Below are positions 47,401 through 55,476 of a DNA stretch of 64,000 nt, piece by piece; the first letter of the stretch is position 1; each line of letters begins with the position of its first letter. This stretch comes from a virus (taxonomy: Duplodnaviria > Caudoviricetes), in IMG/VR virus record IMGVR_UViG_2867988698_000004, positions 32,001 to 96,000 of that record. One strand, given 5' to 3'. The translations under genes were made by a program, and so were the position numbers. The notes below the pieces were generated by a model. That model worked only from the letters and a program-made list of their open reading frames with translations, ran no database searches and had not been told where the DNA came from.

Positions 47401-48246
47401 GCCGTCCGCGTCGGAGATGAGCAGGACGCAGCGGCAGTTGATGACCAGGTCGGGGGGTGCGGTGGGGTCGCCGGGGCAGTCCATCGCCACACCGCCCACC
47501 GTGAACGTCTCGCCCAGGGCGACGCGCTGGCCGTCTGCGGCGAAGTGCGCGTCCCTGGTGCGGGTGTCGAGGGTGGCGAGCCAGCCTTTCACCAGCTCCA
47601 CGCCGACCTGCTCGGCCTGGGCGCGGGCGGCGGCCAGGGCGGCGCGGTTCCATGCGGCCACGGTCTCGGTTCGGGCGATGCGCGCGGCGCGGGCCTCCCC
47701 CAGCTGCACGCCCCCGGCGCGGAAGGCGTCCCGCACGCGGTCGCGTAGCTCGTTCGGGGTGTCGCCGGTGGCGATGCCGTCCGCGAGGGCCCGGCGGGCG
47801 GCGTCCCACAGGGCGTCGCCGACACCGGCGAGCCGGTTCTCCGCCTCCAGGACGTAGCGGCGGGCCAGCTCCGGGACCTCGATGGGCTCGGCGGGGGTTG
47901 CGGGGTCGGCGGGGTCGTGCGGGTCGTCCAGGTAGCGGCCGGGCAGGTCGTCCGCCCCCGCCGGTGGGGGCGTCCGCATCCACCTGTATAGGGCTTTATA
48001 GGCGGCCTCGTAGACGGCCAGGAGCGGCGCCACCACCTGTTTGATGCGGGCGGTCCACCAGTCCCGCAGCCGGCGTAGCGCGCCCGGGTCGGACGGATCA
48101 GCCGCCGCCAGGGCGGCGGCGGTGAACTCGCGTTCGAACAGCGCGGCGATCTCCTCCAGGGCGGCGGAGACCTGCCGTTCGATCATCGCCTCCAGGCCGG
48201 TCAGCGTGCGCTCGGCCGCCCGCCGCGCGGTGTCCAGCTCAGCCAC
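44440..48246 (-). CDS. MuF-like head morphogenesis / 2H phosphoesterase / capsid maturation protease fusion
   Basis: MuF (IARTE, KGWLAT.D.RTRDAH, INCRC); 2H pair HATL/HVTL; protease-like DGRLFAPGAL and GATLVAMPAF. Confidence 0.85.
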   Translation of the reverse strand: MAELDTARRAAERTLTGLEAMIERQVSAALEEIAALFEREFTAAALAAADPSDPGALRRLRDWWTARIKQVVAPLLAVYEAAYKALYRWMRTPPPAGADDLPGRYLDDPHDPADPATPAEPIEVPELARRYVLEAENRLAGVGDALWDAARRALADGIATGDTPNELRDRVRDAFRAGGVQLGEARAARIARTETVAAWNRAALAAARAQAEQVGVELVKGWLATLDTRTRDAHFAADGQRVALGETFTVGGVAMDCPGDPTAPPDLVINCRCVLLISDADGSWPPPDAGRQYLTDQQIAEVIKHYEERGTVRTAHTAAATPDDGQEVTAAGSYSGAMIALIPSDDDLARLALDGGEPPEQLHATLYYLGNGDDFTPEERDRLIDLVTAYTATHPPVQARAFAASAFNPGGDSEQETALVLGLSGTGLAMVHDAVCEAVGEYGPDGLPEQYEPWIPHVTLAYSPDLSRLAEVAQRVGDVTFDRVRVAFAGEATDIPLTGRLDLDLPAMAGAVRWSTPDGTALAFEDEETGDGRLFAPGALYWAEGPWPLQFADEMLGGHQGAVLAGSIESLGRDGARITGAGVLYPDRDAGAAALALLRRGAPLGVSVDLDDVDVEVIDRRTPTQHDEQQQEEGEGAPVLLASLASAQVLQRPDGTWTIRATRTVEWTTGEAGDVTPTGLSAALSAAGLPAAALSAAAGDRDSGEGEVLFSEGAGDYVMRITRARVRGATLVAMPAFDRARIVLDEEVTAAAGPRGETMRSVVELVTSAPAPVGAAYVARYTGLSVASARGYLARAAQAGWITRVSPGRYTGAATFPEEGETTAAARPGEVVAAMSGDLDLPIHPDRDHPWDGDAAASRVLEYATGPDGEVDPDALGRAFLWRDESADPATLAAYKLGVADVWDDDQLRIIPRSVFAVANVLQGGRGGVDIPDQDVERLRDRVEDLYERLAEEFDDPSLRAPWDQNEDRDEDRDEDEEGDGMDEVMASAWAQFQQLPPLPAAWFAEPSPEELPTDDGPVHVTPEGRIFGWVARKGVCHDGYSGQCLTIDSLGDVDTTHFLRSRIQLDDGQTIRVGVFTMNTGHDNDGTDTPSVRALFDNTRTVAGLVTVGTNDRGMWFSGAAAPWLSEWDRAVFQACAPSGHWRQNADGRWSLRAVLSVPVPGYPTPLAASAIGAVISRSNLALTASSAPTQEPAGASAGTPAGVEGLAAALAPELVAALMPTLVPAVADELERREQARREIAELEASLQPVRAELVASLAAEIHEGV

Positions 48247-48466
48247 GGCGGGCCTCCCTGGGGACGGCGTCGGCGCTGGTGTCCGGGGGGCCGGGGGTCC
48301 ATGCGCAGCGGGAGCACAGCGCCCAGCCGCCCACCGTCAGCGTCCCGGACGGGCCGAGCATGGTGATCTCGCTCGTCGCCAGGACCTCCGGGGCGCGGCA
48401 GGCGGGGCAGGCCATCCAGCGGACCTCCGATACCGAGGCGACCGGCGCCACGAACTCGGCGCTCAT
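48239..48466 (-). CDS. Small zinc-ribbon protein
   Basis: CPAC...CSRC; ATGA-coupled to the portal. Confidence 0.6.
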   Translation of the reverse strand: MSAEFVAPVASVSEVRWMACPACRAPEVLATSEITMLGPSGTLTVGGWALCSRCAWTPGPPDTSADAVPREARRG

Positions 48467-49821
48467 GCCGCCGGCTCCTCGGGCGGCCTGGTGGTCTCCT
48501 CGACCGGCAGGCCCTCACCATCCCCGCCGCGGCGGCCAGCGGTCGCCCGCGCCTGGGCGGCCTCGGCGGCGGTGGGGGCGTCGGCCTCATCGAACCCGGT
48601 CTCCCGGCGGGCGGCGGCTCCGGAGATCAGGCCCAGCCCGAACGCCTCCAGCGCCACCTGCGCCCGGTTGGTGCGGACCCGCAGCGGCGCGGTGTCGTAC
48701 CAGACCAGCCACTCGTGGGCGTCCGGGACGTTCTCGGCCTCGAGGATGGGGCGGAGCCACTGGGTGGTCAGGGCGTCGGCGACGGTGGCGAGCTTGGGTT
48801 CCACGCCCAGGCGGATCGCCTCCTCCTGCAGCGCCCAGGCGGACCAGTGGTTGGCGTCGCCCAGGCCCAGCAGGATCTCCGCGGGGACCTCCAGGCCGGT
48901 CGCGAACCGGCGGATGGCCTCCTCCCGCAGCCGGATCGCCGTATCGTCGAACGCGCTTTCGAAGGTGAGGCGCTGGATCTGCCCGATCGTCTCCGGGGGG
49001 ACCTCCAGCAGGATCGGCACCGCCGCGGCCGCGGACTCCGGATCGCGGATGGCGGCCTGCGCGACCTCCAAGAACACCTCCATCAGGTCGTCCTCGTCGC
49101 CGCCCGGCTCTCCCGAGGAGGGGAACCGCGCCCCCTGCGGCAGCAGCAGGACACCGCGGCCAGCGAGGCGGGACCGGGCGATGGCGATCACCGACGCCGA
49201 CAGCACCCGCAGCTCCTCCAGCAGGCCGAGGGAGGCGCGGACGGGTGAGTCGGCTTCCAGATGCTTGCGGGGGTGCGGGTCCCAGACCCGGATCGCGACC
49301 GGCCCCTCGGGGTCGATGCGATCGGGGTCGCCAGCGGGGATCTTGACCTCCTCCCCGTCGATCTCGGCGGTCAGGTCGTTGCCCTGCCGGCGCATCTCCA
49401 GCACCGACAGCACCCGCCATTCCTGGCCGTCCCCGTCGCCGGTGGGGGTCTCGGTGGGGCGGATGAGGATCCAGCCCTCCCCCGCGACCACTAGGTGCGG
49501 GCCGAACGCGGCCAGGAGCTGGGACTGGCCGAGGGGTCCTCCGGCGATGGCGGCGACGATCTCGGTGGCGCGGTGGCCGTCCGGGGCGGGCTCGATGCTG
49601 GTGCCGTCCGCTGACCGGCGGCCCGCGTACAGGCGGGCGCCGCCCATGGCGTTGCCCGCCCAGGTCGCGGCGAAGCGGACCTCGGGGGTGGTGGAGTAGT
49701 ACTCCCAGGCCGCTTCCTGCCAGGACTGGTTGGGTTCCTTGGCGCGGCTGAGGCGGCGCTCGACGAACCGGGCCGCCGCGGCGGTGAGCTCCCGGGGGCC
49801 GCGCCTGCGGCGGCTGGTCAT
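48463..49821 (-). CDS. Portal protein
   Basis: WQEAAWEYY..PEVRF, VWDPHP, SRLAGRGVL, NHWSAW; position after terminase. Confidence 0.88.
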   Translation of the reverse strand: MTSRRRRGPRELTAAAARFVERRLSRAKEPNQSWQEAAWEYYSTTPEVRFAATWAGNAMGGARLYAGRRSADGTSIEPAPDGHRATEIVAAIAGGPLGQSQLLAAFGPHLVVAGEGWILIRPTETPTGDGDGQEWRVLSVLEMRRQGNDLTAEIDGEEVKIPAGDPDRIDPEGPVAIRVWDPHPRKHLEADSPVRASLGLLEELRVLSASVIAIARSRLAGRGVLLLPQGARFPSSGEPGGDEDDLMEVFLEVAQAAIRDPESAAAAVPILLEVPPETIGQIQRLTFESAFDDTAIRLREEAIRRFATGLEVPAEILLGLGDANHWSAWALQEEAIRLGVEPKLATVADALTTQWLRPILEAENVPDAHEWLVWYDTAPLRVRTNRAQVALEAFGLGLISGAAARRETGFDEADAPTAAEAAQARATAGRRGGDGEGLPVEETTRPPEEPAA

Positions 49822-50144
49822 CGGGAGTCGTCCCACCGGTTGGCGAGGACGGCGGCGCCGGCGACCGCCAGCCACTCGATCCCGTGCACCAGCAGCGGGG
49901 CGTCGTCCCATCTGCCTGCGGCGAGGAGGTAGGTGGCGAGGATGGCGCCGGACAGCCACCAGCCGGTGCAGTACACGCAGCCGATCAGCATCACCGCGGC
50001 CGTGCGCACCCTGGATTCGGGGCGGCGGGCGTGCCAGGCGTGAACGGCGCCGCGGGCGGGGTCGAGAATGCTGTCGTGGACGGCCAGCTGGGTGGCACGG
50101 TACCCGGCCAGGGCTAGGACGAGGAGTTCGAGCAGGCTGAGCAA
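49818..50144 (-). CDS. DUF1360-like membrane protein
   Basis: LAGYRATQLAVHDSI, LIGCVYCTGWW. Confidence 0.75.
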   Translation of the reverse strand: MLSLLELLVLALAGYRATQLAVHDSILDPARGAVHAWHARRPESRVRTAAVMLIGCVYCTGWWLSGAILATYLLAAGRWDDAPLLVHGIEWLAVAGAAVLANRWDDSR

Positions 50145-50166
50145 GGGGCGCTCCCCCGCAGTGATG

Positions 50167-50201
50167 CCCGGCCCCTGGCCAGCGGCTCCATGATCAGACT
50201 A
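50167..50201 (-). promoter_or_regulatory. Leader motif copy 8
   Basis: -10 TAGTCT; 22 nt before the TTG at 50144. Confidence 0.8.
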
Positions 50202-50366
50202 GCCCGCAACACCAGCGGCAGCCTGCGCCCACCACACACCCTGGTAGGGGCCGCCCGGATCAGAAGGAACGGGTAGCCGAAACACCCATGCCGGGAACGG
50301 CCATGCGGCACCTGGCGATCCAACCCGGGACAACACTGGGTGCTGCGAGAAAGGCGGGAGCGGCCC

Positions 50367-52019
50367 ATGGCCACCGATATCGGCGTTGAGCGCTGCGGGG
50401 AGCCCCGTACCGATGATCCGTCGCAGGCGTGCGGGGCCGTCTGCCTGCCCGGCGGCGACCGGTGCCTGGCCCATGCCGGCGAGCAGGCCCGAGAGGAGTT
50501 CCTGGCCGGCTTGGCCCCCGGTGCGGCCATCGACATGCGTGGGGTGCCCTTCACCGCGGACCTGCTGAACCGGCTCCTTGAAGCCGTCCGTGACCCCCAG
50601 GCCGACGCCCGCCCCTGCTTTGGCCGGGCCCGTTTCGACGGGGCGTCGTTCTCCGGGGACGCCCGCTTCTCTTCGACGTCGTTCTCCGGGGACGCTGAAT
50701 TCGGCGGAGCGTCGTTCTTCGGGGATGTCGGCTTCCTCAGGGCGTCGTTCTCCGGAGCCGCTGGCTTCGGCGGAGCGTCGTTCTCCGGGGACGTTCACTT
50801 CGGCGGGACGTCGTTCTCCGGGGACGTCCGCTTCCATTGGGCGTCGTTCTCCGGGGACGCCCGCTTCTCTTCGACGTCGTTCTCTGGAGACGCCCACTTC
50901 ATGGGGGCGTCGTTCTCCGGGGACGCCTACTTCGGCGGGGTGTCGTTCTCCGGGAACGCCGACTTTGTCGGGGCGAGGTTTGCCGGTGATGCACGGTGGC
51001 TCTCCTGCCGGATCGGGGTCCTGTCCTTGGATGGCGTGGTGGCCGAGGGGGAGGTATGGGTGGAGGCGGCGGCCGGCCAGGTGTCGGCCCGGCGGCTGCG
51101 GTCGACAGGCCGGGTCGCGTTGCGGCTGAGGTCGGCGCGGGTGAACCTGACCGAGCTGGTGTGCAGCGGGCCGGTGAGCGTGCACGCCCTGGCCCAGCCG
51201 ATCCCCAACGTGCCGGACCTGGACGGCCCCACCAGGGTGATGGCGATCTCGTTGCGCGGGGTGGACGCCGAGTCGCTGACGTTGACGGATGTGGAGCTGA
51301 GCGAGTGCCTGTTCGCAGGTCTGCACCGGGCCGATCAGATCCAGCTGGACGGCCACTGCCGCTTCGCGCCCGGCCCGAGGGGACGGCGGCGGGTGCTGGC
51401 CGAGGAGCACCACTGGCGGGCCGAACGCCGCACCGCCCGCCGCGGTGATCCCGGCCCCTGGCGGCCCGCTCCCGACGGGGTGGAGGTGATCGGGCCGCGG
51501 CGGATCGAGGTGATCTACCGGCAGCTCCGCAAAGCCCTCGAGGAGGGCAAAAACGAGCCGGGCGCGGCCCACTTCTACTACGGCGAGATGCAGATGCGCC
51601 GCGCCTCGGCCCGCGGCGCCGATCGGGCGCTGCTGTGGCTGTACTGGGCGATCTCCGGGTACGGGCTGCGCGCCCGCCGCGCCCTGGCCTGGGTGGCGGT
51701 CGTGGCGGTGCTGAGCATCGCCGGGATGGCCGCCTTCGGGTTCCCGCAGACCGCCAAGACCCAGCAGGCCACCGGCACCGTCACCACCCCTACCGGGCCG
51801 CAGAACATCCGCCTGACCATCCAGCAGTCCAAACCAGTCAAGCCCCTGCCCGAGCGGTTGGAGAAGGCGGTCGAGGTCACCGTCAACGCCGTCATCTTCC
51901 GCAGCCCCGACGCCGAGCTGACCACCGCCGGCCGCTACCTCAACATCACCGTGCGGATCCTGGGGCCGATCCTGCTGGGTCTGGCGATCCTGGCGATCCG
52001 CAATCAGGTCAAACGCTGA
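50367..52019 (+). CDS. Pentapeptide-repeat membrane protein
   Basis: N-terminal C..C..CLAH; 11-aa xASFSGDAxF repeats; FYYGEM, SGYGLRA, C-terminal TM segments. Confidence 0.9.
   Translation: MATDIGVERCGEPRTDDPSQACGAVCLPGGDRCLAHAGEQAREEFLAGLAPGAAIDMRGVPFTADLLNRLLEAVRDPQADARPCFGRARFDGASFSGDARFSSTSFSGDAEFGGASFFGDVGFLRASFSGAAGFGGASFSGDVHFGGTSFSGDVRFHWASFSGDARFSSTSFSGDAHFMGASFSGDAYFGGVSFSGNADFVGARFAGDARWLSCRIGVLSLDGVVAEGEVWVEAAAGQVSARRLRSTGRVALRLRSARVNLTELVCSGPVSVHALAQPIPNVPDLDGPTRVMAISLRGVDAESLTLTDVELSECLFAGLHRADQIQLDGHCRFAPGPRGRRRVLAEEHHWRAERRTARRGDPGPWRPAPDGVEVIGPRRIEVIYRQLRKALEEGKNEPGAAHFYYGEMQMRRASARGADRALLWLYWAISGYGLRARRALAWVAVVAVLSIAGMAAFGFPQTAKTQQATGTVTTPTGPQNIRLTIQQSKPVKPLPERLEKAVEVTVNAVIFRSPDAELTTAGRYLNITVRILGPILLGLAILAIRNQVKR
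50633..50990 (+). repeat. Coding tandem repeat, 33-bp unit (core GTCGTTCTCCGGGGACG), about 10 copies
   Basis: Encodes the 11-aa pentapeptide units. Confidence 0.85.
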
Positions 52020-52314
52020 CCGGCGGTCCCGGAGGGTGTGCACAAGGGAATAGGACGCGCCCCCAGGGGGTCGGGGGGCGCGTCCTGCCGGGGGCGGGGG
52101 TCAGCTTCTCGATGTACTTGCCGGTCAGCTCGCGGTGCTGGTCGTTGAGCTTGGTCATGACGTCGATCACGGCCAGGATCGCCTCGGCGGTGCCGTTGTT
52201 GTCGCGGAGCTTGTTGGCCAGGTCGCGGGCGGCCAGGTAGTCGCGGCGCAGGGCGGCGGCGCGGTAGCCGTTGCCGGTGGTGGCGGTGCTAATGGCGGTG
52301 GTGGCGGTGGTCAT
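52009..52314 (-). CDS. Small hypothetical protein
   Basis: AGGAGG RBS and own promoter; the 3' end runs through a hairpin. Confidence 0.6.
   Translation of the reverse strand: MTTATTAISTATTGNGYRAAALRRDYLAARDLANKLRDNNGTAEAILAVIDVMTKLNDQHRELTGKYIEKLTPAPGRTRPPTPWGRVLFPCAHPPGPPVSV
52052..52086. terminator. Bidirectional stem-loop
   Basis: AGGACGCGCCCCC / GGGGGCGCGTCCT between convergent genes. Confidence 0.7.
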
Positions 52315-52348
52315 CGGGGTGTCCCTCCTGGTCGTTACTCCGTCCTTA

Positions 52349-52386
52349 TGGCATACATGTTAGGCCAAACATGTCTGGCACATCAA
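52349..52386 (-). promoter_or_regulatory. SigA/HrdB-like promoter with overlapping palindrome, copy A
   Basis: TTGATG-18-TAACAT; ACATGTTAGGCCAAACATGT near-palindrome. Confidence 0.72.
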
Positions 52387-52410
52387 GGGGGTTGGCAGAG
52401 TCCGGCGGGA

Positions 52411-52770
52411 TCACTCCCACCAGATCCAGCGCCGGCAGCCGGGCGGGACGTCGCGGAAACGGCGGCCGTAGCCGACCACGCACAGCAGCTCCGCCAGCGC
52501 CCGGTGGACGTCCGGGTCCGGATGGCCGTCCGGCCAGCGCGCGAGCCGGGCGGCGAAGTCCTCCAGCGGGCTCTCCCCACCCCAGGCGACCTCCTCGAAC
52601 CAGCCGGTGAGGTTCAGGGCCTCCCCGACCCGGTTGGCCAGCTCGGGCGGGACGGACACACAGGGGGCGGTGTCGACATGGTGGGGCATGTTGCCGTCGT
52701 ACACCCCGAAGTACCACTCGACCGTTGTCGGCCGGGTGGGGATGGGCGGGTCGCCGGGACGCCACAACAT
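52411..52770 (-). CDS. Hypothetical protein
   Basis: GGAGAGG RBS before MLWRPG. Confidence 0.55.
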   Translation of the reverse strand: MLWRPGDPPIPTRPTTVEWYFGVYDGNMPHHVDTAPCVSVPPELANRVGEALNLTGWFEEVAWGGESPLEDFAARLARWPDGHPDPDVHRALAELLCVVGYGRRFRDVPPGCRRWIWWE

Positions 52771-52852
52771 GACGGCCTCTCCTTCCGTTCGCATCGCCCA
52801 CGGGAGCGGGGACGCGCCCGGCGGCGGGCCGGGGGCGTCCCCTCGGGGCGGC

Positions 52853-53224
52853 TCAGTAGCACTCACCCGCGTGCACGGTGAAGCAGCTCCCGCACGTCTT
52901 CGCGCGGATCGCGCGAGCCTGAGCGGCGTTCTCACGCTCCTGCCGAGCGGCCTTGACCTTCGCGTTGATCGCGCGGATGTGCTCATTGGCCCGGCGGCGC
53001 AGCTCCTCGCCCTTTCGCCAGTACTCGTCCAGCCGCGGTCCGGCGGCGGCGAGCGCACCGGAGACCTTGACCAGCGCGGCGGCGGCCTCGGCGGCGTCGG
53101 CGGCCAGGGCGGCGTCGGCGTGGTCGCGGGCGCCCTCCAGGGCGTTCATCCCGTACTCCCGGCGCAGCGCGGCCATCTGGGCCTTGATCTCGGCGAGGGC
53201 CTTGCGGTGCTGGTCGATGGTCAT
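52853..53224 (-). CDS. Coiled-coil protein with C-terminal CxxC/H/C motif
   Basis: KTCGSCFTVHAGECY; own promoter. Confidence 0.7.
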   Translation of the reverse strand: MTIDQHRKALAEIKAQMAALRREYGMNALEGARDHADAALAADAAEAAAALVKVSGALAAAGPRLDEYWRKGEELRRRANEHIRAINAKVKAARQERENAAQARAIRAKTCGSCFTVHAGECY

Positions 53225-53268
53225 CTCGGTCACCAGGGGTTTCCTTCCGGGTCGCCGTTCCGCCCTCA

Positions 53269-53306
53269 TGCCATACATGTTAGGCCCAACACGTTTTGCA
53301 TATCAA
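53269..53306 (-). promoter_or_regulatory. SigA/HrdB-like promoter, copy B
   Basis: TTGATA-18-TAACAT; shares CATACATGTTAGGCC with copy A. Confidence 0.72.
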
Positions 53307-53339
53307 GGTGGTGGCATACCAGCGGGAACAGCGACCGCC

Positions 53340-54965
53340 CTACCGGCCGAGCGAGCGGGAGTACCGGGACGCCGCGCTCGACCCCGCCCCCGCCCCAGAG
53401 GTCTGGCGGGCCGGAGAGTGAACACGCCGGGTGACCGCCAGCAGCTCCGCGGCCAGCCCCATCACCACCGCGTCCCCCCGGTCCGGGGACCGGCCGAGCC
53501 GCGCCTGCACGTCCTCCTTCGGCTCGATCTTGATCTTCGGGGGGATGCCGGTGGTGATGCTCCAGGTCGGTGTCGTCAGATCCGCCAGCAGCAGGTCATC
53601 CGGCGGCAGCATGACCTCCGAGTCGAACGCCGGGTCCAGCAGCTCCCGCAGCCGCCAGTACCCGGCGGACCGCAGGTTGACGAACCCGTACTCCCGGTCG
53701 CGGGTGCGGGCCTGGGTCTTGGCGGAGCCGGTGTAGGCGACGACCGGAACCCCCAGCTCCCGCAGCCGGTCCACCACACCGCCGCCGACCCCGACCGAGT
53801 CCACCACCGGCACCGCCTCCTCGTCCTCCCCCAGGGCGGCCTGGACGCGGGCGGTGGTCTGCATCGTGTCCTCCCGGTCCTGGATGTCCAGCCGGGTGAT
53901 CGCCACGCCGACGCGGTGCGCCAGGACGGTGGAGTCCCCGCCCGCACGCGCCACGTCCACGCCCAGGACCCGCTTGCCGGTCAGCCGAGGGCGGCCGGCC
54001 TGATCCCAGACGTGCCAGCGCTCCACCGCCGCCTCAACCCACGCCAGCGGGATCACCGAGTCCTCATCCGAGGCGTGGAACTCCCCCAGCACACGGTTCG
54101 CGTACAGGGCGGAGTCCGCGCCCCACTGCCGGCGGCGCTGCTCCGCCCAGGTCCGGGAGATGCGCCCGGCCTCGATCGCCTCGGCGAGGGTGACGTGCCG
54201 GACCCACCAGTCCTCCAGCCCTGGGGCACGCCGGTGGATGTCGTAGAACCGGCCCGCGGGCGGCCCCGGGGTTGAGATCGCCAGCGCCAGCGCCTCCGGA
54301 TAGCCGGTCTCCCGGCCGCCGGAGAACGCGCCCTCGATCGCGTCCCAGGTGCCGTTCGGGACGATCTTCGCCTCATCGATCAGGTAGAACAGGCTGTCGG
54401 CGTGGGCGCCCTCGATCAGCTCCGGCTTGTTCGACGCCACCGCGGAGGCGGCGCCGTGGGACAGCTTGAGGTTGTAGGCCAGCAGCTCCCGGATATCGCT
54501 GAACGGCGGCCGCCCCAGCACCTCCCACTTGATGCGGCGTGCCCACTTGTGGATCTCCGGCCACAGGTACACCGACAGATGCCGCCAGGCGGAGGCGGTC
54601 GTCAGGACCTTCCAGTCCAGCCCGGCCGCCTCCCTGGTGGTCGCGAACCACAGGACCGCGATCGCCGCCACACCCGTCTTGCCGAGACCATGGGGTCCGC
54701 GGACCGCCACCCGCCGTTTGACGGGCAGCGCCCCGATGACCTCTTCCTGGTAGGAGGCCAGCGCCTGCCCGTCCGGCCAGTCGATGACGTCCCGCGCCCA
54801 CCCGACCGGGTCCCGCAGATAGCGGACGGCCCGGTGGGCGTTGCGGCGGGCCTGCTCCTGCCGCAGCCGCTCCCGCAGCTCCCGGAGCGTCTTCACGTCC
54901 CCGGCGCGGACCAGCTCCTGCACCTGGGCGCGGATGCGCTCCGGGTCAGGACTCCGGCTCGACAT
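53340..54965 (-). CDS. terL: Terminase large subunit
   Basis: GPHGLGKT Walker A, LIDEA Walker B, GVDVAR, SPDRGDA. Confidence 0.93.
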   Translation of the reverse strand: MSSRSPDPERIRAQVQELVRAGDVKTLRELRERLRQEQARRNAHRAVRYLRDPVGWARDVIDWPDGQALASYQEEVIGALPVKRRVAVRGPHGLGKTGVAAIAVLWFATTREAAGLDWKVLTTASAWRHLSVYLWPEIHKWARRIKWEVLGRPPFSDIRELLAYNLKLSHGAASAVASNKPELIEGAHADSLFYLIDEAKIVPNGTWDAIEGAFSGGRETGYPEALALAISTPGPPAGRFYDIHRRAPGLEDWWVRHVTLAEAIEAGRISRTWAEQRRRQWGADSALYANRVLGEFHASDEDSVIPLAWVEAAVERWHVWDQAGRPRLTGKRVLGVDVARAGGDSTVLAHRVGVAITRLDIQDREDTMQTTARVQAALGEDEEAVPVVDSVGVGGGVVDRLRELGVPVVAYTGSAKTQARTRDREYGFVNLRSAGYWRLRELLDPAFDSEVMLPPDDLLLADLTTPTWSITTGIPPKIKIEPKEDVQARLGRSPDRGDAVVMGLAAELLAVTRRVHSPARQTSGAGAGSSAASRYSRSLGR

Positions 54966-55404
54966 CGCCGCCGTCACCGTCACCGGCGTCGCCGTCGTTG
55001 TGGGGGCGGGACACGCCCAGCAGCTCCAGGATCTCGTCCCCGAGCTGCTGGGCCTCCACGCTCACCCTCGTCGGCGCCTCCAGCCCCTCCAGGCGGGCGC
55101 GCTGCGCCATCACCCGCAGGATCACCTCCGCCGACCGGTGGTCGCCCTTGAGCGCCGGCGCCCAGTAGGCGGCCTGCAGACGGTCCAGCCGCTGGCCCTC
55201 GATGTCGCGGAGCAGCTCGACCTCCTGGGCCTCGGCGCGCCGGTTGGCCTTGAGGGCGCGGGTGACGTCGGTGCAGGCGGCGCCGCGGGAGGCGTAGCCG
55301 AGCTGGTCGGCGATGCTCTGCCAGTCGACGCCGGCGATGCGCATCGCGATCGCCTTGCGGCGTCGCTCGGCGGTGGCCGCCTGCTGGGCTTTGGAGGCGC
55401 TCAT
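54946..55404 (-). CDS. terS: Terminase small subunit
   Basis: HTH (MRIAGVDWQSIADQLGY), RARLEGLEAP; overlaps the terL start. Confidence 0.8.
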   Translation of the reverse strand: MSASKAQQAATAERRRKAIAMRIAGVDWQSIADQLGYASRGAACTDVTRALKANRRAEAQEVELLRDIEGQRLDRLQAAYWAPALKGDHRSAEVILRVMAQRARLEGLEAPTRVSVEAQQLGDEILELLGVSRPHNDGDAGDGDGGDVEPES

Positions 55405-55476
55405 GTTTGCACGTCCCTATTGGTTCGCACGTGTCCGATTCATGCCGGTGTGGACATGACCTAGTGTGCGGGCCGT

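Noticed and set aside
50633-50990. 33-bp periodic repeat resembling a CRISPR array
   Set aside because: Units are in-frame codons of a pentapeptide protein, there are no unique spacers of CRISPR length, and no cas genes are present
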